Origin: an uncultured beta proteobacterium
Lineage (GTDB): Bacteria; Pseudomonadota; Gammaproteobacteria; Burkholderiales; Burkholderiaceae_A
Direction: 5' to 3'
NCBI GenBank assembly: GCA_902586195.1
Contig: CACIGF010000004.1
Location: 3,296-67,295, forward strand
DNA: 64,000 nucleotides
Shown: piece after piece, positions 30,464-40,074 of the stretch
How the letters are laid out: each line of letters starts with the position of its first letter
Position numbering within the stretch: position 1 is the stretch's first letter
Program-made: the position numbers and the translations under genes
Notes under the pieces: generated by a model
The model's database searches: none
The model's input: the letters and a program-made list of their open reading frames with translations, nothing else
Told to the model about the DNA's origin: nothing

Positions 30464-31409
30464 ACTTGTTTCGTCTTTTGAGAAAAATATCTTTTGTTTT
30501 GATGCAAATTATATTCGAAACAAATTCGCTGCCATTCATTTCATCAACCAAAATAATAAACTCTTGATTGTCGATACCGCTACTAACCATTCAGCAAAGA
30601 GATTTTTAAACGCCCTTCATACCATGAATATTGCTCCTGAATCTGTAGAGTGGATTTTGTTAACACACGTTCATCTTGACCATGCAGGAGGGGCAGGATT
30701 TCTGATGAGAATGTGTCCAAATGCACAATTAGCTGTTCATGCAAGAGGAGTTCGGCACATGGTCAACCCGGAGGCATTATGGGCTTCAGTCGTAAGCGTC
30801 TATGGTAAGGAAGAGGCTGAAAAACAATACGGACAGCTTATCCCAGTGGATGAAAATCGTGTTGTCGCGGTAGGCGAAGGAGAAATCATAAGTTTTCAAA
30901 ATAGGAAATTGCAAATCTTTGACGCGCCGGGACACGCGAACCATCATATCGTTATTTTTGACGAAGAATCAAAGTCTTGCTTTACGGGAGATGCCTTCGG
31001 GATAGCGTATCCTGAACTTACCAATGAAGATGGGGAGTTTATCTTCATCTCATCAACACCTACCCAATTTGAGCCTGTAAAATTTGATATCACTGTAAAA
31101 AAAATAATGGAGCAAAAACCACAAAGCTGCTTCCTGACTCATTTTTCAAAGATAATAAATATAGAAAAAAATGGTTATGAACTTTTAAAGCAGCTGGACG
31201 AGTATGTCACAATCTCTCAGCAGTCAAGAACTTGCGATAGTCAGCAAGATCAAATTAGGGAGAAGCTATTTGAACTTCTCTATAAAAAATTAGAAAAAAC
31301 AAATCTGAGTATTTCCAGGCGCGAATTCGGAAATCTTTTAAGTTTAGATTTGTCTCTTAATGCGCAGGGTTTGGAATACTGGAATAATAAAATAAACAAA
31401 CAGGTTTAA
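30456..31409 (+). CDS. MBL-fold metallo-hydrolase
   Basis: [10 protein letters not shown] (HxHxDH) zinc-binding motif and downstream DAPGH. Specific function not assignable. Confidence 0.7.
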   Translation: MTELVSSFEKNIFCFDANYIRNKFAAIHFINQNNKLLIVDTATNHSAKRFLNALHTMNIAPESVEWILLTHVHLDHAGGAGFLMRMCPNAQLAVHARGVRHMVNPEALWASVVSVYGKEEAEKQYGQLIPVDENRVVAVGEGEIISFQNRKLQIFDAPGHANHHIVIFDEESKSCFTGDAFGIAYPELTNEDGEFIFISSTPTQFEPVKFDITVKKIMEQKPQSCFLTHFSKIINIEKNGYELLKQLDEYVTISQQSRTCDSQQDQIREKLFELLYKKLEKTNLSISRREFGNLLSLDLSLNAQGLEYWNNKINKQV

Positions 31410-31410
31410 A

Positions 31411-34368
31411 ATGGCATTAAAGGAAAAAAACTCGATAAACGTCAATACAGATAGTAAGGCAGCACTTCAGTCCTTAATTAAGGAGCGAATTGTAATTATG
31501 GATGGCGCAATGGGGACCATGCTTCAGCAAGAAAAATTGGATGAAAAAGATTTCGCGGGGCAAGAACGTACCGATATTCCGGCCAGTATCCTCGAAATAA
31601 TTGGAAATGCGAAAGCTAGTGGTATTGAGCTTAAAGGGAATAACGAGTTACTTTCCATTACCCGACCAGATATCATTAAAGCAGTCCATCAAAAGTTTCT
31701 CTCTGTAGGAGCGGATATAATTGAGACTAATACTTTCGGGGCCACCTCCATAGCGCAGGCTGATTATGGCTTGGAGTATTTAGCTAAAGAGATGAATTTG
31801 GCTTCCGTACGTATAGCCAAAGATGCCTGCCTGAAGTTTAGTTCCAAAAATAATAGAAAATTTGTCGCAGGGGCCATTGGACCGACGCCAAAAACTGCGT
31901 CTATATCACCAGATGTGAGTGACCCAGGTGCCAGGAATATTACATTTGATCAACTCTTTAAATCCTATTCGGACCAGGCAGAGACCTTAATTGAGGGTGG
32001 GGTAGATATTCTTTTAGTAGAAACCATTTTTGACACCCTAAATGCAAAAGCAGCCCTATTTGCGATTGAAGATGTGTTCAATCGGGCGAATAAACGCCTA
32101 CCTGTCATGATTTCAGGAACGGTAACAGACGCATCGGGTAGAATCCTTTCTGGTCAAACTGTAGAAGCATTTTGGAATAGTGTGCGGCATGCAAAACCCC
32201 TCAGCATTGGATTGAACTGTGCTCTAGGAGCTGCTTTAATGAGACCTTATGTGGAAGAAATGCATAAAATCTGTGATGTGCCAATCTGCATTTATCCAAA
32301 TGCTGGACTTCCAAATCCTATGGCCCCAACAGGGTTCGATGAAACTCCTGAAATTACGTCAGGACTAATTTCCGAATTTGCAAAAGAAGGATGGATTAAC
32401 ATAGTTGGAGGTTGTTGTGGTACCACACCAGAGCATATTGCAGCAATAAAAGAAAAGGTAAAAAATTTTCCACCACGTGTTGTCCCCGAGATCAAAAAAA
32501 AATTACGTCTATCTGGACTTGAGCCATGCAATATTGGAGAGGATTCTTTGTTTATTAATGTTGGTGAACGGACCAACGTAACAGGTTCAAAAAAATTCTC
32601 AGACTTAATAATTAATGGAGACTACCCTGCTGCAATTGAAGTAGCTAGGCAGCAAGTAGAAAATGGGGCTCAGATCATTGATATAAATATGGATGAAGCT
32701 ATGCTTGATTCAGAGAAAGCTATGGTTAAATTTTTGAATCTTATAGCTTCCGAACCTGACATTTCTCGGGTGCCGTTGATGTTAGACTCGTCCAAGTGGT
32801 CTGTATTAGAGGCGGGTTTGAAGTGCTCCCAGGGCAAACCAATTGTCAACTCGATCTCGCTAAAGGAAGGAGAAGATGAGTTTTTACGGCATGCTCATTT
32901 ATGCAAGAGATATGGTGCTGCCATGATAGTAATGGCTTTTGATGAAAACGGCCAGGCTGACACGATTGATAAAAGAAAATCAATATGCAAAAGAGCGTAT
33001 GACCTCTTAATTGAAAAGGCTTCGGTTGACCCGGAAGATATTATCTTCGACCCGAATATCTTTGCAATAGGAACCGGGATTTCGGATCATGATAAATATG
33101 CGGTCGATTTCATTGAGGCTACAAAGTGGATACGAAAGAATCTTCCATTTGCGAAGGTTTCGGGAGGTGTCTCTAATGTGAGCTTCTCTTTTCGGGGAAA
33201 TAACCATGCCCGAGAGGCTATTCACAGTGCATTTCTTTTTCATGCGATTAAGGCTGGTATGTCTATGGGTATTGTAAATGCGGGTCAACTTGCAGTTTAC
33301 GAAGAGTTAGATCCCGTTTTAAGAAATCATGTGGAGGATTTAATTTTTGCCAGGACAAAAGATGCTACTGAAAAAATGATCGAATTTTCCTCATCTTTAG
33401 ACGCCGACTCGAGTACTAATGAAAAAATTCAAGAATGGCGTAATGGTGACTCAACGTCCAGAATAAAACATGCTCTGATTCATGGGATAACAGAATATAT
33501 CAACAATGATACAGAGGAAGCTAGGATGGAGATTCATACTCAGGGAGGAAAGCCTATTGAGGTAATTGAAGGTCCGTTAATGGACGGTATGAATGTTGTG
33601 GGAGACTTGTTTGGGGAAGGAAAAATGTTCCTTCCGCAAGTTGTCAAATCTGCGAGGGTAATGAAATCAGCAGTAGCTCATTTGGTACCGTTTATTGAGA
33701 AAGATCAAACTGCAGGGGCAAAACAAAAAGGGAAGATCCTTATCGCTACTGTAAAAGGAGATGTCCATGATATTGGCAAGAATATCGTAACTGTGGTTTT
33801 ACAGTGTAACAACTTTGATGTTATTAACCTTGGAGTAATGGTTCCGGCACAGAAGATACTTGAAGAAGCAAAAAACCATAATGTTGATGTGATTGGCTTG
33901 TCTGGGTTGATTACTCCCTCACTTGAAGAAATGGCACACGTTGCTAGAGAGATGGAGAGAGATGCATGGTTTAGGGAAAGAAAAATTCCTCTTTTAATAG
34001 GGGGGGCGACTACTTCGAAAGCACATACCGCTGTAAAAATAGCTCCTTTTTATTCTGGTCCAGTAATTTGGGTTCCGGATGCCTCCCGCAGTGTGCCAGT
34101 AGCTCAGTCTCTTACAGGAGACTCGAAAGAAAAAATTAACTACCTACAAGATATCTATCTGAACTACAAGGACATCAGAGACAGGTTCAACAAGAAACAA
34201 ATTCCATTCATATCAATTGCTGAAGCTAGAAAAAATTCTTTCGAAATTGATAGAAAAGATAAGGTTCCCACACCTAAAGTCATCGGAAGAAGAGTGTTAA
34301 AATCATTTCCCTTAGAGCAGCTAGTTGACTATATAGATTGGACTCCTTTTTTAAAGCTTGGGACTTAG
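31411..34368 (+). CDS. metH: cobalamin-dependent methionine synthase, segment 1 (Hcy-binding, pterin-binding, cap and B12-binding domains)
   Basis: Hcy S-methyltransferase domain ([11 protein letters not shown]), pterin-binding domain ([12 protein letters not shown]) and the B12 motif [11 protein letters not shown]. It ends with [13 protein letters not shown], where homologues read [15 protein letters not shown]. Confidence 0.9.
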   Translation: MALKEKNSINVNTDSKAALQSLIKERIVIMDGAMGTMLQQEKLDEKDFAGQERTDIPASILEIIGNAKASGIELKGNNELLSITRPDIIKAVHQKFLSVGADIIETNTFGATSIAQADYGLEYLAKEMNLASVRIAKDACLKFSSKNNRKFVAGAIGPTPKTASISPDVSDPGARNITFDQLFKSYSDQAETLIEGGVDILLVETIFDTLNAKAALFAIEDVFNRANKRLPVMISGTVTDASGRILSGQTVEAFWNSVRHAKPLSIGLNCALGAALMRPYVEEMHKICDVPICIYPNAGLPNPMAPTGFDETPEITSGLISEFAKEGWINIVGGCCGTTPEHIAAIKEKVKNFPPRVVPEIKKKLRLSGLEPCNIGEDSLFINVGERTNVTGSKKFSDLIINGDYPAAIEVARQQVENGAQIIDINMDEAMLDSEKAMVKFLNLIASEPDISRVPLMLDSSKWSVLEAGLKCSQGKPIVNSISLKEGEDEFLRHAHLCKRYGAAMIVMAFDENGQADTIDKRKSICKRAYDLLIEKASVDPEDIIFDPNIFAIGTGISDHDKYAVDFIEATKWIRKNLPFAKVSGGVSNVSFSFRGNNHAREAIHSAFLFHAIKAGMSMGIVNAGQLAVYEELDPVLRNHVEDLIFARTKDATEKMIEFSSSLDADSSTNEKIQEWRNGDSTSRIKHALIHGITEYINNDTEEARMEIHTQGGKPIEVIEGPLMDGMNVVGDLFGEGKMFLPQVVKSARVMKSAVAHLVPFIEKDQTAGAKQKGKILIATVKGDVHDIGKNIVTVVLQCNNFDVINLGVMVPAQKILEEAKNHNVDVIGLSGLITPSLEEMAHVAREMERDAWFRERKIPLLIGGATTSKAHTAVKIAPFYSGPVIWVPDASRSVPVAQSLTGDSKEKINYLQDIYLNYKDIRDRFNKKQIPFISIAEARKNSFEIDRKDKVPTPKVIGRRVLKSFPLEQLVDYIDWTPFLKLGT

Positions 34369-35195
34369 CCGGAAAATTTCCGGATATTTTATCAGATGAC
34401 ATCGTGGGTGAAGAAGCTAGTAAACTTTTCAAAGATGCAGAAAGTCTGCTGAGACGTCTGGTTAAAAAGAAAGATCTTAAAGCTCACGGAATCTTTGCAA
34501 TTTACCCTGCACGGAAAACAGGACCTGAAGATCTAACGGTTTTTGCAGACGAAAACCTCAACAAAGAATTGTTTACGTGGATAGGATTGCGGCAACAAAC
34601 AAAAAAATCAAATGGCACGAAGAATAAATGCCTTGCAGATTTTGTAAAACCAATTACATATAATGAGAAAGACTATTTGGGAATTTTTTTCGTCACCATT
34701 GACGGTACTGAAAAGTTAGCCTCAATGTTAGAAGAGAAGCTAGACGACTATCAATCTATAATGGTCAAAGCCTTAGCTGATAGGTTAGTTGAGGCCTTTG
34801 CTGAGTGTTTGCACAAGCTCGTAAGGCAAGAGTACTGGGGTTATGCTGAAGAAGAGAAACTGTCTTACGAAGAACTAGTCAATGAAAGTTATCAAGGAAT
34901 ACGACCTGCACCGGGCTATCCAGCGTGCCCTGATCATAGTATCAAACCAGTTATTGCAGATTGTTTAAATGCTCAAGAAATAGGAGTGACGCTTACCGAA
35001 AGCAATGCGATGTCTCCTGCATCCAGTATCTGCGGTTTTTATTTTTGGCATCCGGAGGCTACCTATTTCAATGTTGGTCAAATTGATTCAGATCAGTTAA
35101 AAGATTATGCAGAAAGATCAAAAATTCACAGAGAAGTTGCCAGTCAAAATTTGAGAGAGGTTACAACCATTAACGCAGAGACTTCCAAAGAATAA
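34338..35195 (+). CDS. metH: methionine synthase, segment 2 (AdoMet-binding reactivation domain), in the -1 frame relative to segment 1
   Basis: The translation ...[33 protein letters not shown]...[12 protein letters not shown]...[11 protein letters not shown] is the MetH activation domain. It overlaps segment 1 by 31 nt. Confidence 0.9.
   Translation: MDSFFKAWDLAGKFPDILSDDIVGEEASKLFKDAESLLRRLVKKKDLKAHGIFAIYPARKTGPEDLTVFADENLNKELFTWIGLRQQTKKSNGTKNKCLADFVKPITYNEKDYLGIFFVTIDGTEKLASMLEEKLDDYQSIMVKALADRLVEAFAECLHKLVRQEYWGYAEEEKLSYEELVNESYQGIRPAPGYPACPDHSIKPVIADCLNAQEIGVTLTESNAMSPASSICGFYFWHPEATYFNVGQIDSDQLKDYAERSKIHREVASQNLREVTTINAETSKE
34347..34353 (+). other. T_TTT_TTA heptamer at the metH frame junction (candidate -1 slip site or indel site)
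   Basis: In the segment-1 frame the codons are cc[T TTT TTA]. Reading T4-T6 after a -1 shift restores ...WTPF(F/L)[10 protein letters not shown]. Confidence 0.5.
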
Positions 35196-35451
35196 ATGTG
35201 TCATTTGAACTTTTCGCCGATTTAATCATCTGGATCAAAGGATAAAATCTAGCTGACAAGGGTATTTCATTATCTATTTGAGCGTCCAATTTAGCATTTT
35301 TTTTAAGAGCCCTTAAACTGGCATCAAACTCACAATTTAATATTATTCCCTCAGACAGGGCCTCTTTTCCAAGGGTTCTAAATATAATCGGAGCAAGGTC
35401 TTTTGTGACAATAAAAGTAGGAGACGAGGAACAGGAAAATTGGGTTACCAT
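35170..35451 (-). CDS. possible small hypothetical protein (93 codons) in the metH-lipoprotein gap
   Basis: This is the only ORF covering the 263-bp gap. No motif recognised. It overlaps the metH 3' end by 26 nt, and its start lies 7 nt from the divergent lipoprotein start. Confidence 0.2.
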   Translation of the reverse strand: MVTQFSCSSSPTFIVTKDLAPIIFRTLGKEALSEGIILNCEFDASLRALKKNAKLDAQIDNEIPLSARFYPLIQMIKSAKSSNDTFILWKSLR

Positions 35452-35458
35452 AAAGAGT

Positions 35459-35965
35459 ATGAGGTATTCATCAACGCTGGTTACAATTTTAGCATGCAGT
35501 TTACTCAGTTGTTACCCTACCTACAACTGGAGGTTAGTTCAAACTGAACAATATGGTTGGGAAGCCCTATTTCCTGCTAAACCTAAAAGGAATTCTCGAA
35601 AAATTATTATCCGAAATCAGTCTAAACAAGCTGTAATTAAAATGGACAGATATTCCGTAGCGTTAAATCAAATGGATTTCATCCTTGATGTAATAAGTTT
35701 TGAAGGAGAAATGTCAAACATTGGTGGCTCATTAAAAGGTTACGTTAACAAAATGCTGAGAAACAACCTTAATATTCCCCTTGAGGTAAAGATGGTTGAT
35801 GGAGTAATGATAGAAGGTTTTATCGGTAAAGGAGAATCAAAACCTGTAGCAATGATTTTAAAGCATTTGAGTAATGATTATTCAATTGTAAGGGGGGTCG
35901 CAGTGGGATCGCCGCACAACTTTAAAAGTGACAAAGCGGAGTTTTTCCTAAACTCTATTAATTAG
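35459..35965 (+). CDS. hypothetical lipoprotein
   Basis: MRYSSTLVTILACSLLSC has a signal peptide with a plausible lipobox (LLSC). No family recognised. The ORF-track start at 35405 is a GTG extension. Confidence 0.5.
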   Translation: MRYSSTLVTILACSLLSCYPTYNWRLVQTEQYGWEALFPAKPKRNSRKIIIRNQSKQAVIKMDRYSVALNQMDFILDVISFEGEMSNIGGSLKGYVNKMLRNNLNIPLEVKMVDGVMIEGFIGKGESKPVAMILKHLSNDYSIVRGVAVGSPHNFKSDKAEFFLNSIN

Positions 35966-36003
35966 CTTTAAATTCTCAGGCAGAATATTTTTCATAAATA
36001 ATT

Positions 36004-36019
36004 TGCTTTTTAAAAAGCA
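36004..36019. promoter_or_regulatory. 16-bp perfect palindrome TGCTTTTTAAAAAGCA (TGC-N10-GCA), candidate enhancer/operator site
   Basis: Perfect dyad read directly from the sequence, about 145 bp upstream of the -24/-12 element. This is the distance range used by bacterial enhancer-binding proteins. Confidence 0.3.
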
Positions 36020-36150
36020 CTGCTTTCTAACACTTTGCTCAATGTTAGTGCGGTTTTTGCTGCCAAAAGAGTCAGGTACTTTTAAGGATTTTTTTCTATT
36101 TTTAAGTCATTGATTAGTATGCATTTTTTTTCTTCAAAAAAAGTGTTTTT

Positions 36151-36166
36151 TGGCACAGATATAGCG
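36151..36166 (+). promoter_or_regulatory. sigma-54-type -24/-12 promoter element
   Basis: TGGCACagatataGCg: the GG (36152-36153) and GC (36164-36165) have exactly the spacing of the TGGCACG-N4-TTGC consensus. It lies about 40 nt upstream of the porin-like gene ATG at 36204. Confidence 0.45.
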
Positions 36167-36203
36167 ATATATAAAAAGTTTTGTTAATTATATGGAGAAA
36201 CAA

Positions 36204-36905
36204 ATGCGTAATAAATTTCTTACAACTGTTTGCTGCGTTTCAGTAATGCAAATACCCTTGACTATCGGCTCCGCTGCTAAAGCAGAGTGGGAGTCATCTG
36301 CTAATGTGGGCATTTTCTCGGAATACCGATTTCGAGGAGCAAAGCAGACAGAAGACGCACCGGCTATACAAGGTGGATTTGACCTATCTCATTCAAGCGG
36401 TTTTTACCTTGGAAACTGGAACTCAAATGTCGAGTTTGGTAATACCTCTATAGAGGTGGATTTTTACGCAGGGTATGCCTTCGACGTGGGTGAGCTAAGT
36501 ATTGATATCGGTGATTTGTATTATTATTACCCGGACAACACAGGCCAAACGCCAAACATAAATTCTAACGAAATCTACGTAATCGGCTCCTACGGGGCAA
36601 TCAGTGCTGGATATCACTATTTTACGACAGAGTGGTTTGGTGTGGGAGATGATAGCGGCACAACGTACATGCAGATAAATGCTGAGTTTCCCTTATCTGA
36701 TACTATGACGCTCTCAGCCCATGCTGGCTCCTCATCAATTGAAGGTGTCACGGGAGCAGATTATGAAGACTACAGTGTGAGCCTAGCTATGGATGTCGGC
36801 AATGGATATTCAGTTGGTATAGACTTTATCGACAATAGCGGTGACGGAGCAGTCGGCCCAGCATTCTCCTCTGGCGCAGTAATATCTTTTTCTAAATCGA
36901 TGTAG
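36204..36905 (+). CDS. TorF / Gcw_chp (TIGR02001-like) family putative outer-membrane beta-barrel protein
   Basis: Signal peptide MRNKFLTTVCCVSVMQIPLTIGSAAKA|E, followed by NVGIFSEYRFRGAKQTEDAPAIQGGFDLSHSSGFYLGNWNSNVEF...EVDFYAGY...YYYYP and a C-terminal aromatic-rich beta pattern. The ATG at 36204 is preceded by GGAG; the ORF track starts at 36192. Confidence 0.75.
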   Translation: MRNKFLTTVCCVSVMQIPLTIGSAAKAEWESSANVGIFSEYRFRGAKQTEDAPAIQGGFDLSHSSGFYLGNWNSNVEFGNTSIEVDFYAGYAFDVGELSIDIGDLYYYYPDNTGQTPNINSNEIYVIGSYGAISAGYHYFTTEWFGVGDDSGTTYMQINAEFPLSDTMTLSAHAGSSSIEGVTGADYEDYSVSLAMDVGNGYSVGIDFIDNSGDGAVGPAFSSGAVISFSKSM

Positions 36906-36926
36906 TCAATTGGAGAACATTAATAA

Positions 36927-37321
<395 letters not shown>

Positions 37322-37349
37322 ACGTAACATTTTTTAAAGGTTTTTAACT

Positions 37350-38687
37350 ATGAAATTTTTTATTGAAACTTTACGCAAACTAGGGATAGGCAAGGTCCTT
37401 GCGTTGTCCGTTCTGTGTTCGGGCGCAGCTTTTGCACAAGATGTTCCTGTTGAACCAGCTATGTTCAAGGGTGATATTGCCTGGATGATGACTGCTACGT
37501 TACTTGTAACGTTTATGGCCGTTCCGGGTCTTGCATTGTTTTATGGTGGATTAGTTCGCACGAAAAACATGCTGTCCATGTTGATGCAAGTGACTACCGT
37601 TTTTACCTTAATCGTGGTCCTATGGGCAATTTACGGATACTCTCTTGCTTTAACCGAAGGTAATCCGATAATTGGAGGACTTTCCCAGCTGTTTTTAGCT
37701 GGTACGACGGCTGACAGCACAGCAGGGACATTTACTGACGGTATTGTCCTACCGGAAACTATCTTTATTGCCTTTCAATCTACTTTCGCAGGTTTGACTT
37801 GTGCGTTGATAGTCGGCTCAATGGCTGAGAGAGCCAAATTTGCGGGTGTATTAATATTCGCGGTTATCTGGTTTACTTTCTCCTACGCGCCAATTTGCCA
37901 TATGGTTTGGGGCCCAGGAGGTTACCTTTTGGACAAGGGAGCTCTGGATTTCGCTGGTGGCACGGTTGTTCATATAAACTCAGGCATAGCTGGATTGGTA
38001 GCGGCATATGTGCTCGGAAAAAGAATCGGGTACGGTAAAGAGCCAATGCCTCCGCACTCATTACCGATGACGTTGATCGGGGCAGCAATTTTGTGGATCG
38101 GTTGGTTTGGCTTCAACGCTGGCTCAAATCTTGAGGCCACATCAGGTGCCACATTACCTTTCGCAAACACTCTATTCGCGACCTGCGCTGCAATTTTAGC
38201 ATGGACGCTGGGTGAGTCTTTTGTAAAGGGAAAACCATCTATGTTAGGAGCAGCTTCGGGTATGATTTCAGGCTTAGTTGCAATCACCCCAGCTTGTGGT
38301 TCGGTTGGAATTATGGGGGCTATCATCATTGGAGCTATAGCAGGCTTCGTGTGTTTATGGGCTTGCACAGGACTAAAAAGTCTACTTGGAGCCGATGAAT
38401 CCCTCGACGTTTTCGGAATTCACGGTGTTGGAGGAATACTCGGCGCTATATTAACAGGCGTATTCACCGCTCCATCATTAGGAGGTACCGGAGGCGATGA
38501 CTTTGCAATTGCTTCTCAGGTAGCAATTCAATTAGAAGCTGTAATTATTACAGTTATCGTATCCGGCGTAGTTGCATTTATCGCACTGAAGGTTGCTGAC
38601 TTACTCGTCGGCATCAGAGTTAGTGAAGACGAAGAAAGAGAGGGCCTTGACGTTACCTCTCATAGCGAAAAAGCTTACACTAGCTAA
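37350..38687 (+). CDS. amtB: ammonium transporter AmtB
   Basis: Signal peptide ending AFAQ, then the FAGGTVVHINSG, WFGFNAGS and DVFGIHGVGGILGAI signature motifs. Confidence 0.92.
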   Translation: MKFFIETLRKLGIGKVLALSVLCSGAAFAQDVPVEPAMFKGDIAWMMTATLLVTFMAVPGLALFYGGLVRTKNMLSMLMQVTTVFTLIVVLWAIYGYSLALTEGNPIIGGLSQLFLAGTTADSTAGTFTDGIVLPETIFIAFQSTFAGLTCALIVGSMAERAKFAGVLIFAVIWFTFSYAPICHMVWGPGGYLLDKGALDFAGGTVVHINSGIAGLVAAYVLGKRIGYGKEPMPPHSLPMTLIGAAILWIGWFGFNAGSNLEATSGATLPFANTLFATCAAILAWTLGESFVKGKPSMLGAASGMISGLVAITPACGSVGIMGAIIIGAIAGFVCLWACTGLKSLLGADESLDVFGIHGVGGILGAILTGVFTAPSLGGTGGDDFAIASQVAIQLEAVIITVIVSGVVAFIALKVADLLVGIRVSEDEEREGLDVTSHSEKAYTS

Positions 38688-38700
38688 ATTAATTTCTCCA

Positions 38701-38722
38701 GGCGAGCGTTTACCAACTCGCC
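38701..38722 (+). other. hairpin GGCGAG-N10-CTCGCC just after the amtB stop
   Basis: Perfect 6-bp GC-rich stem read from the sequence. It precedes the terminator hairpin. Confidence 0.4.
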
Positions 38723-38729
38723 GCCCATG

Positions 38730-38766
38730 CCCTCCCTGGCTATTTGGTCAAGGGGGGGTTTTTTTA
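38730..38766 (+). terminator. Rho-independent terminator downstream of amtB
   Basis: CCCTCCC (38730-38736) pairs with GGGGGGG (38752-38758), including one G-U pair, and is followed by T7 (38759-38765). This is the only canonical stem plus U-tract I found in the window. Confidence 0.55.
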
Positions 38767-38781
38767 TATTAATATAAAGAC

Positions 38782-40074
38782 ATGGGCCCACAATTAAAAG
38801 CCAACTTATGTGGCAAACTTCGTGATTTTGAAACCGAGATCATCTCTAAAAGATCTGTTGTTGAACATTGGTTTCGAGATATGTTTGCAAAATACAAACC
38901 CCCCTTTTACTCCTCAGTTGATTTAAGGAACGCTTGCTTTAAGATTGCCCCTATAGACACGAATCTATTTCCAGCGGGTTTTAACAACATTGGAGAAGAT
39001 GATAGGCGTTCTACAGTGCAAGCATTTATGAGCGCAGTTGAAAGACATTGTCCTCAGGCAGAAACCGTGTTGATAATCCCCGAAAACCATACAAGAAATT
39101 TATACTATCATCAGCACATTGGACATCTTCACGCCCTATTGAGCAACGTTGGCCTAAAAACTATAATAGGTTCTCACGAGGACTCTCTCTGTAATTTAAA
39201 TGAAATTGTTTTTAAAAATCTTGAAGGTCTCCCTACTTCAGTTCCAATTAAGAAAGTACATTTTGAAAAAAATGCACTGTATGTAGATGGCAAGAAACCG
39301 GAGTTAGTGTTACTCAATAACGACTTCTCATCTGGAATTCCAGCTGAATATCAGGACATGGTTGGTAGTCAAACATTAGTTCCCTCTCTCGATGCGAGTT
39401 GGGCAATAAGAAAAAAGTCTACTCATTTCAAACTTTATGAGGAAACGGCTAAAGAATTTACGAAAATTTTTGATGTTGATGATTGGTTTATTAGTCCTAT
39501 TAACCGTAGATGCTCCGATATAAACTTTAGAGAAAAAAAAGGAGAAGCATGTTTGGTTAAAAATATTGAAGAAGTGCTAAATGAGATAAAGAGAAAATAT
39601 ACTGAATATGGAATAAAAAAGAAGCCATTTGTGGTTATAAAAGCTAATTCAGGAACATATGGGATGAGTGTAATGACCATAAGGGAATCTAGCGAGATAT
39701 ACCAGTTAAATAACAAACAACGCAAAAAAATGTCAACAAGCAAAGAGGGAATTTTTGTAAAAGATGTATTAATTCAAGAAGGTATTTACTCTTTTGAAAC
39801 AGTAGTCGACTACAACGTTGAGAGTGTAGCAGAGCCAGTAGTGTATTTGGTAGATAAATATGTCGTCGGTGGGTTTTATAGAATACATTCTGAAAAAGGT
39901 TTAGATGAAAATTTGAACACGCCGGGGATGAAGTTTTTTCCGATTGCATTTGAAGACAGCTGTCAACTCCCCGCCTCATCTAGTGACCCTGATTCGATTA
40001 CAAACCGTTTATATTTTTATGGAGTAATAGCTCGGTTAGCAACACTGGCTGCCGCCAGAGAGATGCGAGAATGA
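38782..40074 (+). CDS. gshA: glutamate--cysteine ligase (betaproteobacterial type)
   Basis: WFRDMFAKYKPPFYSSVDLRNACFKIAPIDTNLFPAGFNNI matches the N-terminal signature of the roughly 430-aa GshA class found next to gshB in betaproteobacteria. ATGA-coupled to gshB. Confidence 0.8.
   Translation: MGPQLKANLCGKLRDFETEIISKRSVVEHWFRDMFAKYKPPFYSSVDLRNACFKIAPIDTNLFPAGFNNIGEDDRRSTVQAFMSAVERHCPQAETVLIIPENHTRNLYYHQHIGHLHALLSNVGLKTIIGSHEDSLCNLNEIVFKNLEGLPTSVPIKKVHFEKNALYVDGKKPELVLLNNDFSSGIPAEYQDMVGSQTLVPSLDASWAIRKKSTHFKLYEETAKEFTKIFDVDDWFISPINRRCSDINFREKKGEACLVKNIEEVLNEIKRKYTEYGIKKKPFVVIKANSGTYGMSVMTIRESSEIYQLNNKQRKKMSTSKEGIFVKDVLIQEGIYSFETVVDYNVESVAEPVVYLVDKYVVGGFYRIHSEKGLDENLNTPGMKFFPIAFEDSCQLPASSSDPDSITNRLYFYGVIARLATLAAAREMRE

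Noticed and set aside
34369-34383. The CCGGAA-AAT-TTCCGG hairpin downstream of the metH slip site, considered as a frameshift-stimulating structure.
   Set aside because: The stem is only 6 bp and starts 15 nt after the heptamer, whereas known stimulators usually sit 5-9 nt away. No Shine-Dalgarno-like element lies upstream. This is insufficient to claim programmed frameshifting, so it is recorded only as context in the metH finding.
37873-38368. Antisense ORFs of 132 and 71 codons inside amtB.
   Set aside because: The locally high G+C of amtB suppresses stop codons on the opposite strand. No independent evidence supports them.
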